From a bacterium (lineage in GTDB: Bacteria > Patescibacteriota > Saccharimonadia > CAILAD01 > BJGX01): 64,000 nt of DNA. A model generated the notes under the pieces. It was not told where the DNA came from and ran no database searches. It saw only the letters and a list, made by a program, of their open reading frames with translations. Shown piece by piece: positions 55,169 to 63,948 of this stretch (position 1 is the stretch's first letter; every line of letters begins with the position of its first letter). Where the stretch lies: the NCBI GenBank assembly GCA_029778565.1, contig JAKOQC010000510.1, positions 18,838 to 82,837 of the forward strand, written 5' to 3'. A program made the translations under genes and the position numbers.

Positions 55169-56515
55169 TTAAGCTGCTTTGACAGTTTTTTCGTACAGGC
55201 TTGGTTGTAGTTGTTTTGGATCATACTTAGCTTTCACTTTTGCATAAGCCGCACCATTATATATAGCATTAAACTCAGCTTCGGGTAAAAATGTCGAGGA
55301 ATAGAGCATTTTTATACCATTATGCGTAAAGCAATACTCATCCATAATTTTTGTGTTGTGATATTTTTCTGCCCCTTTTTGCTTAACCGCAAAGCTGTAA
55401 CACCCCAAGTTTAAATACAGCTCATTTTTTTCCATAGGATAATTTGTAGCCTTGGCGGATGTCTTAATAAGCGTAATTAACCACGGTCGCCACTCTAAAT
55501 CTACATTATCTAGAGCAAAATCTAACAAAGACTTGGCATGTCGCCACGGTACTTCCCAGTCTTGTATAAGCATTTCGAGATTTTCATCTTCAACCTGATT
55601 TGGTACTTTACCTTTTAATTTTGCTACTAACTTGTTGTAGCGAGTAAAAAACCCTGAGTTGCGAAACCGCTTTGGACTAATTTTTCGATAGAGCTGATAA
55701 ATACCATCTTGTGGAATGTTCCAAAACCACTCTGGGTCGTACCGAAAAATATAATCTTTGGTGGTTAAATCAATCACTCCTTCACGACTAATCTCTTTAT
55801 AAAATAGATTTTTACCATAGATACTTGTCAGTTTATCTGGTTTGTCAATTTCTTCACCGACAGTCATAAACATTCGATTTTTGTTATATACCAAGCTTTC
55901 AATATGTTCGATGTGCTTTTCTTGGCTAGCATCTTTAAGGGCGGTAATTAAATCTTTGGTGTTAGCAATTTTTTTGGTATGCAAGCGCACGTATGGCTTT
56001 ACACTGCGTAATCTTATCTTTGCTCGCAGAATGTATCCCAAACTGCCATACGAATTTGGTAAGGCGTAAAACAGATCTTTGTATTTTCCTCGGCTATCGA
56101 CGGTAACTATTTTGCCGTCTGGCAATAATACATCAGCTTCTATTAAGCCATCGTGCACAAACCCATAGTGGTAACAATTCGACTCAATACCAATGCCTAC
56201 CATCGCGCCACCAATGGTAATATGTTTCAGCTCGGGAGTAATTGTTGGCAAAAAACCATGGGGCAAACAAAAATCCACAATAGATTCATATGTAGTGAGG
56301 CCCTGAACTTCGAGTGTTTGATTTTTGGTATCTATATACAGCGGTTTATTAAACGCTCGTAGATCAACTTCTTTGTATTCGCTTAAGTTCCTGCCTTCAT
56401 ATCGAAAGAGATTAGAAATGGTTTTTTTTCTCACTTTTAGTCGTAAGGTATTACCATGTAGTGCTGCTTTTAAGCTAGCAAGTTGTTGCTTATGTTCTGT
56501 ACGCAAGTCTTTCAT
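55169..56515 (-). CDS. FAD-binding (PCMH-type) oxidoreductase
   Basis: FAD-binding domain near the N-terminus (TIGGAMVGIGIESN...DGLIEADVLLPDGKIV). 448 aa. Confidence 0.7.
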   Translation of the reverse strand: MKDLRTEHKQQLASLKAALHGNTLRLKVRKKTISNLFRYEGRNLSEYKEVDLRAFNKPLYIDTKNQTLEVQGLTTYESIVDFCLPHGFLPTITPELKHITIGGAMVGIGIESNCYHYGFVHDGLIEADVLLPDGKIVTVDSRGKYKDLFYALPNSYGSLGYILRAKIRLRSVKPYVRLHTKKIANTKDLITALKDASQEKHIEHIESLVYNKNRMFMTVGEEIDKPDKLTSIYGKNLFYKEISREGVIDLTTKDYIFRYDPEWFWNIPQDGIYQLYRKISPKRFRNSGFFTRYNKLVAKLKGKVPNQVEDENLEMLIQDWEVPWRHAKSLLDFALDNVDLEWRPWLITLIKTSAKATNYPMEKNELYLNLGCYSFAVKQKGAEKYHNTKIMDEYCFTHNGIKMLYSSTFLPEAEFNAIYNGAAYAKVKAKYDPKQLQPSLYEKTVKAA

Positions 56516-57069
56516 GTACGCGCACTCCGCATTAACTTTGCCCGAAATTTCTCTTTAGGCAAGTCTGGAAAAATAATTTTAGTTGCACTGGGCTGCTTTT
56601 CGCTATACGTCTTAAAAAGTTTATCCATAAAAAAGAAGTTTATACCAAAGTTAACGGGTTTGTAATGATGAATATCATGTAGCTTAACTAGTTTTTTATA
56701 CCAGCCGTATCGGTTGAGCCAGTAATTTTTCTTATGAAAACTAGCATGAAAAGCACTGGTTACAAACTTGGCATATATTAGCCCCGAGATAATCATAATA
56801 ATACTCCAAGGCCGAGGAACGAGAATATAGGCTGCTACAACCAGTAACAATGCCATAACATACCAACTCCACGAACCAGCTTTGTGGTATTTCTTGCTTG
56901 GGCGTAAATTGGTAGTAGGATAATCTTGCTCGTGGTGTAGCCAGTGTCGATACCGAATGAATTCACCGGCCTTACCCTCGTGTTCTAAAAATCGATGCCA
57001 AAAATAGCCAACAATCTCTACAACCATCGGACCAGCAATCATAAAAAAAATAACAACAAGAAGTGTCAT
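56512..57069 (-). CDS. Fatty acid hydroxylase / sterol desaturase superfamily membrane protein
   Basis: Three His boxes HRFLEH, HWLHH and HDIHH in a TM context. ATG 57069 lies 7 nt after TACAAT. Confidence 0.7.
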   Translation of the reverse strand: MTLLVVIFFMIAGPMVVEIVGYFWHRFLEHEGKAGEFIRYRHWLHHEQDYPTTNLRPSKKYHKAGSWSWYVMALLLVVAAYILVPRPWSIIMIISGLIYAKFVTSAFHASFHKKNYWLNRYGWYKKLVKLHDIHHYKPVNFGINFFFMDKLFKTYSEKQPSATKIIFPDLPKEKFRAKLMRSART

Positions 57070-57497
57070 GTAAATATTGTACCAGAATACAAACTGGCGG
57101 AGAGAGTGGGATTGTCGCTAAAGCGACCTCCATTCAGTGCTTGGAAATCAAATAAGTAAACTTATTTGTTTCACTGCGCGCTGAATTCTACCGAACCACG
57201 GTTCTCATAATTCTACTGTTGTTTGCGCCTTAGCTAAAGCTAAGACGTAAACAATGGCGGCCCTTGTGGAGGAAAGGCAGAAATCAATACCTTGGACGAA
57301 CCTATTGCGGATCCTTGAAGACAGATAGTCGCCCATTGCGGCTCTTTCAGCTCACGCGACGATTGAGCCGAGCATCAATCTATCGAGCCGGAGATGACAG
57401 CGGTGGACTACCGAGTTCCCGAGCCATCTCGACCTAACCGCGACCGGTACTGGGAGCTCAATGTTGGTCGGAGTTCCTCGCGATAGTGGGAACGCTG

Positions 57498-57528
57498 CCT
57501 CGGCCTTCCGAACGTCGGAAGGCCGAGG
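57498..57528 (-). terminator. GC-rich perfect 13-bp hairpin (CCTCGGCCTTCCG-aacgt-CGGAAGGCCGAGG) immediately 3' of minus-strand gene 57539-57826
   Basis: Perfect inverted repeat and no U-tract, as is common in high-GC genomes. Confidence 0.45.
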
Positions 57529-57538
57529 CCTAACCTCG

Positions 57539-57826
57539 CTACTGGCTATCGCAGAAATGAGCCCATTTGGTGAGGATGGTGCGCCAGAGCGAGTCTCTGA
57601 TCAGGTGTTCGATGAAGTCTTCGAGACTCTTGCTACTGTCGGCGAAGATCATCAGTGAGGTGTGTTCGAAACCTGTGAAGACAGGTGTCCAGCCGATGAT
57701 TTGCTCCTGTTCTCCGAGCTTGATGGCGAGGAGTGTAAGGCTGTGCTCGTAGAGCGACTCGATCTGCGATAGGCCGCGGAGAACGTCACTCGCCGTGGAC
57801 GAGCTTACTGGGATCGTACTGATCAT
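57539..57826 (-). CDS. Hypothetical protein (95 aa), high-GC compartment
   Basis: ORF co-directional with and downstream of the cyclase-like gene. No TM segment and no recognised motif. Confidence 0.45.
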   Translation of the reverse strand: MISTIPVSSSTASDVLRGLSQIESLYEHSLTLLAIKLGEQEQIIGWTPVFTGFEHTSLMIFADSSKSLEDFIEHLIRDSLWRTILTKWAHFCDSQ

Positions 57827-57937
57827 GGTTCACCTTTCTGTTGCGGGCACCTACCAGAATCGACGTCTGATAGGTGTGACAGCAGAAAGGCAGACCGCTA
57901 CCTCACCTCTGCATTATCCACCGAAGTAGTGGACATT

Positions 57938-58636
57938 TCAACCACCCGAGGGTCGATTCCAAGCGCGGAACTGCGTAGCGCACTCAGCGAGCATTCTGTC
58001 ATCGATCACCAAGGGATAGATATGCACGGGAGCACCGATCTTGGTGACATGTGTCGGGATCACCTCTGTCGTAGCAAGGGACAGGCCTGGGTACTCGGCC
58101 AGGACCGTCCGGTTGGTGGCGGTGATCACCTCAGCACCAAGGAGGAGGTTGCTGTGTGGCGAGTGCCAGGAAGTCACCCGAGCGAGACGATCGAGCGCGC
58201 CACCCAGGTGATCTTCTCGTCCTTCCCGGAGAAGCCTGCGCGTAGGGCCGTAGGTGAAGCCGGCTCTGATACCCATGAAGTGCTGGGGGCCTGGGCTCCG
58301 GGACGACAGGAGCGCGGCGACGGCTCTGATGAGGAGCACGGGCTCGAGCAGGTCACGGAAGTTCCGGGCATGCAGTATCGCCCCGTCTCCCATCTCCTTC
58401 ATCACGACCGACGATGCGTATGGTTTGACGACGTTGTCGATCACGGTGAGGAGGAGTTCGGTGTGATAATAGGCTGCTGATTCTCCCTGCGCGGCTCGGT
58501 AGGCGGAACTGGCAGCGAGGTCTACCATGGCCCAGTAGTCCTCGATCTCCTCCGCTCCGGCATACTGGTCGCGAAGGGCGTCAACTCGTGCGAGGGTATC
58601 GGCGCACAGCGAGGCGGCTATCTGGGCGAAGCTCAA
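57938..58636 (-). CDS. Class III nucleotidyl cyclase homology domain (CHD)-like protein
   Basis: Motif order WAMVD..., ...VVMKEMGDGAILHA, ...GIRAG..., ...LGGALDRLARV aligns to the CHD pattern FxDIxGFT / KxxGDxxM / RxGxHxG / GxxVNxAxR. Both metal-binding Asp residues are present. TTG start. Confidence 0.5.
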   Translation of the reverse strand: MSFAQIAASLCADTLARVDALRDQYAGAEEIEDYWAMVDLAASSAYRAAQGESAAYYHTELLLTVIDNVVKPYASSVVMKEMGDGAILHARNFRDLLEPVLLIRAVAALLSSRSPGPQHFMGIRAGFTYGPTRRLLREGREDHLGGALDRLARVTSWHSPHSNLLLGAEVITATNRTVLAEYPGLSLATTEVIPTHVTKIGAPVHIYPLVIDDRMLAECATQFRAWNRPSGG

Positions 58637-58650
58637 GGCGAGGTCCTCTG

Positions 58651-60102
58651 CTAGAGGGCTTCAAGACCGGCGAACTCTAGTACTTCACGATCGGAGAGCG
58701 ATGCGAGAAGGTCGACGGAGAGCTGGATCCTGTGGAGTGGCTTGTCGAGTAGCGCCTTCACCGCTTCGGTTTCAGGTTCCGACCATCGCAGGGTCCGCTG
58801 TTTCTGGTCGATGAGATATTCACCGGCACCGGTGCTGGGCTCAAAGATCATGTCCAAACAGGTGGTGGCAATCACATCAAGCATCGTGTTGCGATGCTCA
58901 AGACGCCGATTGTGCGTGAAGACTGCATCCTCTAGGAACTCGACCAGGGCGTCCAGCATGCGCGTCGCTTCTGACGACAGCGCGATGGTCAGCTCGCCCG
59001 AAGGGTCCGAGATCGCCGTGAAGCCCGCCTGGAGACGCTCGCGTGATGAGTCGACCAGGTCCAAGATGAAGTAGGTGTAAAGCAGACCCGGGTCCCGGTC
59101 GGCTACGGCCAGCCGAAGCTGTGGTGGCGCATCGATCGACGTCAGTCGCTTTGACAGTTCACCGTACACAGCGTCCCCGAGGCCGGCATCGAGTGCGGCT
59201 CGGTTGGCATCGTTGATGTTCTCGATCACCCAAGAAATGTCGTCGGCGAACCGCACCAACGACGCCTCGTGAGTTGCATGCGTTTCGTTCAACCCCGGAG
59301 CGTTCTTATCAGGGAACAGAGGTGACTTGTGTTCGAAGGCCTGGGTGCCGGCGCTGCGGGAATGTCGCCAGACTCCATACATGGTCTGGGGGAGAAACGC
59401 TTTGCCCAAGGCCTGCCGTCGGAACGGGTCTGTACACAACAGGAGGTAGCTCTCCTTCCCGCTCGCGTACGGAGTCTCCTGGGTGTCGCCCGCGGCCCAC
59501 GGCAAGTACCTGGAGAGCTCCTTGACGACGGAAACGTCGATCCCCGCCAGCCACCCCGGTAGGGGCAGCTCGTCACGGTTCCCGTAGAAGAGACGGAGAT
59601 CAGCGGGCGACTCGCTGGCGGCCTGTCGCTGTCCGGCGGGAACCCGATTGTCCTCGTCCTTTAGCTTCTGCTGCAACCAGGTGTTGATGACCTTCTTCGA
59701 ACGATGGATGAAGGAGGCCGAACCCACCTTGCTCCCCAACGCTATTGCGCTCGTTAAGTCCGAGTTCAGACCGAGTGCTCGGCCACAAGAATCGGCGATC
59801 TGAGCGGCCCGAACAACTTGAGTGGTGTAGTTCCGGACCGTCTTGCCGCGCCGGTGATACAGCACGTGGTACTTGTCGCTAAGGCGACGGTACTCGTCTG
59901 AGAAGAGAATCCGATCGCGCTCAATACTAAGAGGCGTCCGGTTCTTCAGGCGTGAACCGGTGTCAAGCTGGCCCCACTGGGTCTCGTAGTATCGCCATAC
60001 CTCGGTGCCATCAACAAAGAAATCGGTTCCGTCCGACCGGAACGCCCACGGCTCGAGATGCTTCTCGATCTGCGCGACGTGCGCTCGGTAATCCTCGACC
60101 AT
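58651..60102 (-). CDS. dGTP triphosphohydrolase (Dgt) family homolog with substituted HD metal ligands (predicted catalytically inactive)
   Basis: N-terminal ERDRILFSDEYRRL...KTVRNYTTQV...ALGSKVGSASFIH aligns to Dgt DRDRIIHSxAFRRL...RTRLTHSxEV...LxHDxGHxPFGH with His>Tyr, His-Asp>Ser-Lys and His>Ser substitutions. Confidence 0.55.
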   Translation of the reverse strand: MVEDYRAHVAQIEKHLEPWAFRSDGTDFFVDGTEVWRYYETQWGQLDTGSRLKNRTPLSIERDRILFSDEYRRLSDKYHVLYHRRGKTVRNYTTQVVRAAQIADSCGRALGLNSDLTSAIALGSKVGSASFIHRSKKVINTWLQQKLKDEDNRVPAGQRQAASESPADLRLFYGNRDELPLPGWLAGIDVSVVKELSRYLPWAAGDTQETPYASGKESYLLLCTDPFRRQALGKAFLPQTMYGVWRHSRSAGTQAFEHKSPLFPDKNAPGLNETHATHEASLVRFADDISWVIENINDANRAALDAGLGDAVYGELSKRLTSIDAPPQLRLAVADRDPGLLYTYFILDLVDSSRERLQAGFTAISDPSGELTIALSSEATRMLDALVEFLEDAVFTHNRRLEHRNTMLDVIATTCLDMIFEPSTGAGEYLIDQKQRTLRWSEPETEAVKALLDKPLHRIQLSVDLLASLSDREVLEFAGLEAL

Positions 60103-60269
60103 ACCGTCTCCTCTGCAGTGAGGGCTGGCGGGTCAACGATAGCTCCCTCTCGCCGATCGTTGGTCAGTGGCTTGATGGACGGGTGATCACCGGCATGACC
60201 CAACACTAGCCCACCTTGGTATTTCAGCGACGGACCACTAGACGGGACACCCCTTCTTACAACGGAGCC

Positions 60270-60695
60270 TCACGCACACCGGGTCGCACCGGATGAGGTC
60301 CAGCCCGTTGCGGTCCGTTCAGCGGATGTTCGGGCACTGATCCGACCATCGCTGTCCCGCTGGATCCACGTAACTGAATCGTCACTTCTTGTCTCCTCAT
60401 GCCAGCTTTCCGAGGCGGTGTTCGTTGCTCGTGCAGCGACCTGAAGCGCTTGCTCAGGTGCGGTCAGCGTGGGCTCGGTTTCGATCGCAACCCCTTCGAC
60501 TCGGTCCGTGGGACAAGAAAGGCCAGAGACATCGTACCGCCGCGAACACCCGACAGAAACGAGAGCCACTGCACACACTGCAATCAGTAGTCTGGCACGC
60601 TGACCACGGAGGGCGCCGCTGTGTCGCTCAGATCCTCCCCGCCGTGCGAGCGCGTCGAATCTGCGGAGCGACGAGTCGGTGCCAGGAATCCGCAT
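60270..60695 (-). CDS. Putative small lipoprotein (C-terminal part of the 237-aa track ORF)
   Basis: Signal-peptide-like RARLLIAVCAVALVSVGC (lipobox-like VGC). The longer ORF overlaps the GNAT gene in another frame. Confidence 0.3.
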   Translation of the reverse strand: MRIPGTDSSLRRFDALARRGGSERHSGALRGQRARLLIAVCAVALVSVGCSRRYDVSGLSCPTDRVEGVAIETEPTLTAPEQALQVAARATNTASESWHEETRSDDSVTWIQRDSDGRISARTSAERTATGWTSSGATRCA

Positions 60696-61215
60696 AAATC
60701 GCCAAGTAGAGACGGTCCTCATATCCATTTGCAGTCCTAGCGTCATTAGACAATACCGCTTCGACTTCTGCGTATCGGCGGACAACGGCGAACTGAGATA
60801 GCGTTGTTGTTGTAACATCGCAGTACAGTTTCCGAATTGGGTACTCGGCGAATAGCCAGTCAACGAAGAGTACAACTGCGCGCATTCCTGTTCCGATAGG
60901 CGCTCGCGCAGAGGGGTCAGTGCTAACCGCCAACCATGCCGTACCATTACGTAGGTCGGCGTTGTATGCAGCCACCGTTCCAACGATATGGTCGTCGGGT
61001 GGTCTCACGATGCCGAACTGAACCAGTACGCCCGTCCACAACTGTTGGAGATAGGTCTGCGAGTCAGGGGTTGACCCGCGATACCGCCAGCTCAGACCTA
61101 GGCCGCTGGGGTTTAGTTCTAGGCGCCGCAGCCATTCGATATCGGTTGGTTCCAATGAGCGAAGACGGACTCGAGAACCGGTGAGGCGATCATGAGGAGC
61201 GCGCTGCTGTGACAC
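60628..61215 (-). CDS. GNAT-family N-acetyltransferase (RimJ/RimL-like)
   Basis: VRLRSLEPTDIEWL... and acetyl-CoA-binding region motifs. Confidence 0.6.
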   Translation of the reverse strand: MSQQRAPHDRLTGSRVRLRSLEPTDIEWLRRLELNPSGLGLSWRYRGSTPDSQTYLQQLWTGVLVQFGIVRPPDDHIVGTVAAYNADLRNGTAWLAVSTDPSARAPIGTGMRAVVLFVDWLFAEYPIRKLYCDVTTTTLSQFAVVRRYAEVEAVLSNDARTANGYEDRLYLAIYADSWHRLVAPQIRRARTAGRI

Positions 61216-61220
61216 GAGAA

Positions 61221-61709
61221 CTACGTTGGCCGATAGACGGCGAGGATCACGCGGTCGAAGTACTTCCCGTCAGCTCGCACGTCGTCTCGGAGCCTGCCCT
61301 CTTCAACAACGCGAGCATCACCGGCTAGCGCGTTGCCGACGAACTCAGGAAAGGTGTAGTAGAGCTTGCGCAGCGGCAACTGGCGGAAGGCATGTTCGAC
61401 CATCTCCAATGCTGCCGAATTCACGACGGCTGGTTCGCCGATACCTAGATCGAGGACATCAAGATGAGCCACGAGGTCGGTGACCGACACGGAATGAATC
61501 GCCAGGAGGGCAATTGGAATCGTCCGGTCCCTCTCCCGAACCTCGGCCAGGTACTGGATCGAAACGTCTGCCCACAGCGCTTCGCGGAAGGCGGCTGGTG
61601 ATGTGGCGAACTTGCCCACTCGGTACCACTTGGAGCCGAATTCGACAGCGATGCGATAGAGCGCTGTGTAGTCCCCTTCGTCGAGTGGCCGAAGAGCGAA
61701 GACCGTCAA
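61221..61709 (-). CDS. GNAT-family N-acetyltransferase (second, paralogous)
   Basis: FALRPLDEGDYTALY... with a similar architecture to the adjacent GNAT. Confidence 0.5.
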   Translation of the reverse strand: MTVFALRPLDEGDYTALYRIAVEFGSKWYRVGKFATSPAAFREALWADVSIQYLAEVRERDRTIPIALLAIHSVSVTDLVAHLDVLDLGIGEPAVVNSAALEMVEHAFRQLPLRKLYYTFPEFVGNALAGDARVVEEGRLRDDVRADGKYFDRVILAVYRPT

Positions 61710-62446
61710 CGGCTTGTTGCCACCGTCGTGGGCGGTGTGCTCTCGTGGGAATCCTCGTGGCTCGGCGGGGGAGCCGTTTGTGTTGAACGACTCTCGAACT
61801 CCTGAAGCACAGCGCTGAGCGACTTTCCGTTTCGGCCACGCAGTATCACTGAATCGTCCACCAAGGGGAGACCCTTGGCTGTCAGCGACCCCGTTTGGTC
61901 CTGAATCGGCTTGTCGGCATAGCCGCCAAAGGCGATGATACCGTTGGGGCCGCCGACGGGGATGAAGCGCTCGCCAGCGCCGTCGACGTCGTGCAAACCG
62001 AGAATGTAGACCTGGTCAACCCACGGCGGCACGTCATCAGTGTGTACGACGTTTGCGACGCCTGTGTAGTTCCGCCAGGTTCGTCCGACGCGGATTTGCG
62101 ACCCGGCCTTGACCTTTTCGCTGAATGAACGAACGACTTCAAAGTCCTGTTCATAGTGCTCCACGAGCGGCGCCCGAGGATCCGCAGACAGACGCTTCTC
62201 AGGCTTGCCGATCAAGCGTTCAGCGCCCTTGCGCCGAACTAGGACCACGTCGGAAACTCGGAGCAAGTCTGCTGGCGAGGATGCTACGACTGGATAGGCA
62301 GCATGCACCTCTACGTTGGGCAACGTGGTGCCAGAACTACTCGCCTCTGGCCCTGACTGCGAACAGCTGATGGCTCCTAGGCCTAGAACGGTCGCCAGAG
62401 CAGGAGCAGTGAGAATGCGCGCTTTGTTCATCATCAGTACACCCAA
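61706..62446 (-). CDS. Secreted/lipoprotein of unknown function
   Basis: Signal peptide with LGLGAISCS (lipobox-like). 246 aa. Confidence 0.5.
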   Translation of the reverse strand: MGVLMMNKARILTAPALATVLGLGAISCSQSGPEASSSGTTLPNVEVHAAYPVVASSPADLLRVSDVVLVRRKGAERLIGKPEKRLSADPRAPLVEHYEQDFEVVRSFSEKVKAGSQIRVGRTWRNYTGVANVVHTDDVPPWVDQVYILGLHDVDGAGERFIPVGGPNGIIAFGGYADKPIQDQTGSLTAKGLPLVDDSVILRGRNGKSLSAVLQEFESRSTQTAPPPSHEDSHESTPPTTVATSR

Positions 62447-63051
62447 TCGATATCCGATGAGTCATGCGACTGAGGAACGTTGATTCCCTTAGTATCCCAG
62501 CGGCAGCTGTCAGACTGCTGGAATAGAGACCATAGTGAGCAACCATCATTCACTTCTGTGTTCCACGCCTTGCCATCGGCAGTTCGGGCGTTTCCACCGA
62601 TGGCGTGCATGAGTTCATGGGCTGAGGTGGACTGCTTCTTGGCCGTCGAGTAGCCACTCATTTTGTAGTGATTGAACTCAATGCGAGCATCTGTCAGGTG
62701 GCAGTTGCCGTCCCAGAAAAAGGCGGTGATGGCACTGGCACCCATGTTTTGGTCGTTGACCCAGTAGGCGGCGATCCTGGCGGATGAACCTGCCTCCCAT
62801 GGAGGGGTGCCCGTCCGACCGAAGGAGAACACCGTACGCCCATCGAACGAGTTCTCAGCGTTCAGAAGCGCAGTCGGGTAGTCGTAAGGCATGTTGTTCT
62901 GCCAGTAATCGACCTGATTACCGGGCCACCGCATGTAGACTCCACCGCAGTAATCAAAGTGCGCGTTTGCCGGTGATGCGGGCCATACCAGCGCACTACC
63001 GCCGACTACTGCAACCGCAGAGGCGGCTCGGCAGATGGTCCGTCCCTTCAT
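62434..63051 (-). CDS. Secreted HExxH zinc metalloprotease-like protein
   Basis: Signal peptide (AVAVVGGSALVWPASPANA) and HELMHAIGG. Confidence 0.5.
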   Translation of the reverse strand: MKGRTICRAASAVAVVGGSALVWPASPANAHFDYCGGVYMRWPGNQVDYWQNNMPYDYPTALLNAENSFDGRTVFSFGRTGTPPWEAGSSARIAAYWVNDQNMGASAITAFFWDGNCHLTDARIEFNHYKMSGYSTAKKQSTSAHELMHAIGGNARTADGKAWNTEVNDGCSLWSLFQQSDSCRWDTKGINVPQSHDSSDIDWVY

Positions 63052-63948
63052 CTAGCCCCTTCCTGCTTCGTACTCGCGGGGCCGACTCAGGGCACATCTG
63101 AACCAGCAATCTAAGCCCGCGCTCGTCCGCATACTGCACTCGTCCGAATGTCGGTGCAGCCGGACTCTGACCAGTTCCGCGGAGAGTAAACGGGCACAAG
63201 ACCCAAGTCAAGGGACTGGCAGCGAGCCTGGGACTGATCGCGTGAAAGGCGGTACTCCATACGCGGGCCAAGCTTGCGAGGGCTCGTGGCAGGAGGCGTT
63301 AACTTAACAACACTGTTGTTCAGTGGCAGGTCACCCGTCCCGTCGGCCGTTCCGTCGCTGCACGGCTCGAGGGTGGGATCTCCCTGGTCAGCGGGTGGAA
63401 CCATGACCGTTTCGCCAACGACTCTCTACGTTCTTCGGCCGTCTCGTCGGGAACGTCACGCTGGTGCGGCACCCGGTAACCGGGATCCTGCGGTCGGGCT
63501 CGTAACTGAACGGCACCTGCTTGGCAATGGACCTGGTCGGGGCCTGGTTCCGGGGCGTATTCGCGACCGACTCTTTGGGGCAATTCAGCGCGGTGTCGTT
63601 GCTGATGCCCCTCGGCCGGCCGGCGGGTTGCGGAGGGTTCGTCGGCGAGGCGGTAGGCCTGACCGGCGCCCGGGCGGCGCACAGTGACGCTCACCGGATG
63701 CTCAGTGCCCTTGACGGCAGCGAGAGGATGTGCGAAGTCGTAGATAGGAGGTCGTTGCACCATCAGTGTAAATATATCCTCTGACCTGCACATTCCCCCG
63801 AAACCCCGTTGACAACCGTCGTCGGAAAACGCGAGAATGACGCGACCTGTATTGAAAGACTACTAACTAACCGGAAGGAGCTACGACGAGCACCACTGCC
63901 ACCAGCACCAGGACCGACAACACCAGCTCACCCGCCAAGCGGGCGCTG

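Noticed and set aside
57095-57200. Possible tRNA or tmRNA at the GC boundary (a common integration target)
   Set aside because: No GGTTCGANTCC-type T-loop or cloverleaf could be folded by eye on either strand. Left as a structured non-coding region.
57929-60209. Plus-strand and alternative-frame ORFs across the cyclase and Dgt-like genes (57929-58480, 58742-59074, 59274-59562, 59289-59788, 59946-60209)
   Set aside because: Typical spurious open frames of 65% GC DNA. They are Arg/Pro/Ser/Gly-rich and antisense to, or nested in, genes with recognisable domain motifs.
60270-60983. Full-length 237-aa ORF overlapping the GNAT gene
   Set aside because: Its N-terminal two thirds lie in another frame of the GNAT gene, which has clear family motifs. 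Only the C-terminal signal-peptide-bearing part is kept, as a low-confidence lipoprotein.
61226-63793. Numerous ORFs on both strands in 61.2-63.8 kb (61226-61483, 61459-61839, 61514-61786, 61882-62154, 61895-62128, 62125-62370, 62337-62549, 62784-63101, 62996-63271, 63111-63404, 63274-63687, 63320-63793, 63521-63784)
   Set aside because: High-GC artefacts that overlap better-supported genes or lack any protein-like composition. The 63.1-63.8 kb region is left as unassigned (a possible regulatory or att region upstream of the recombinase).
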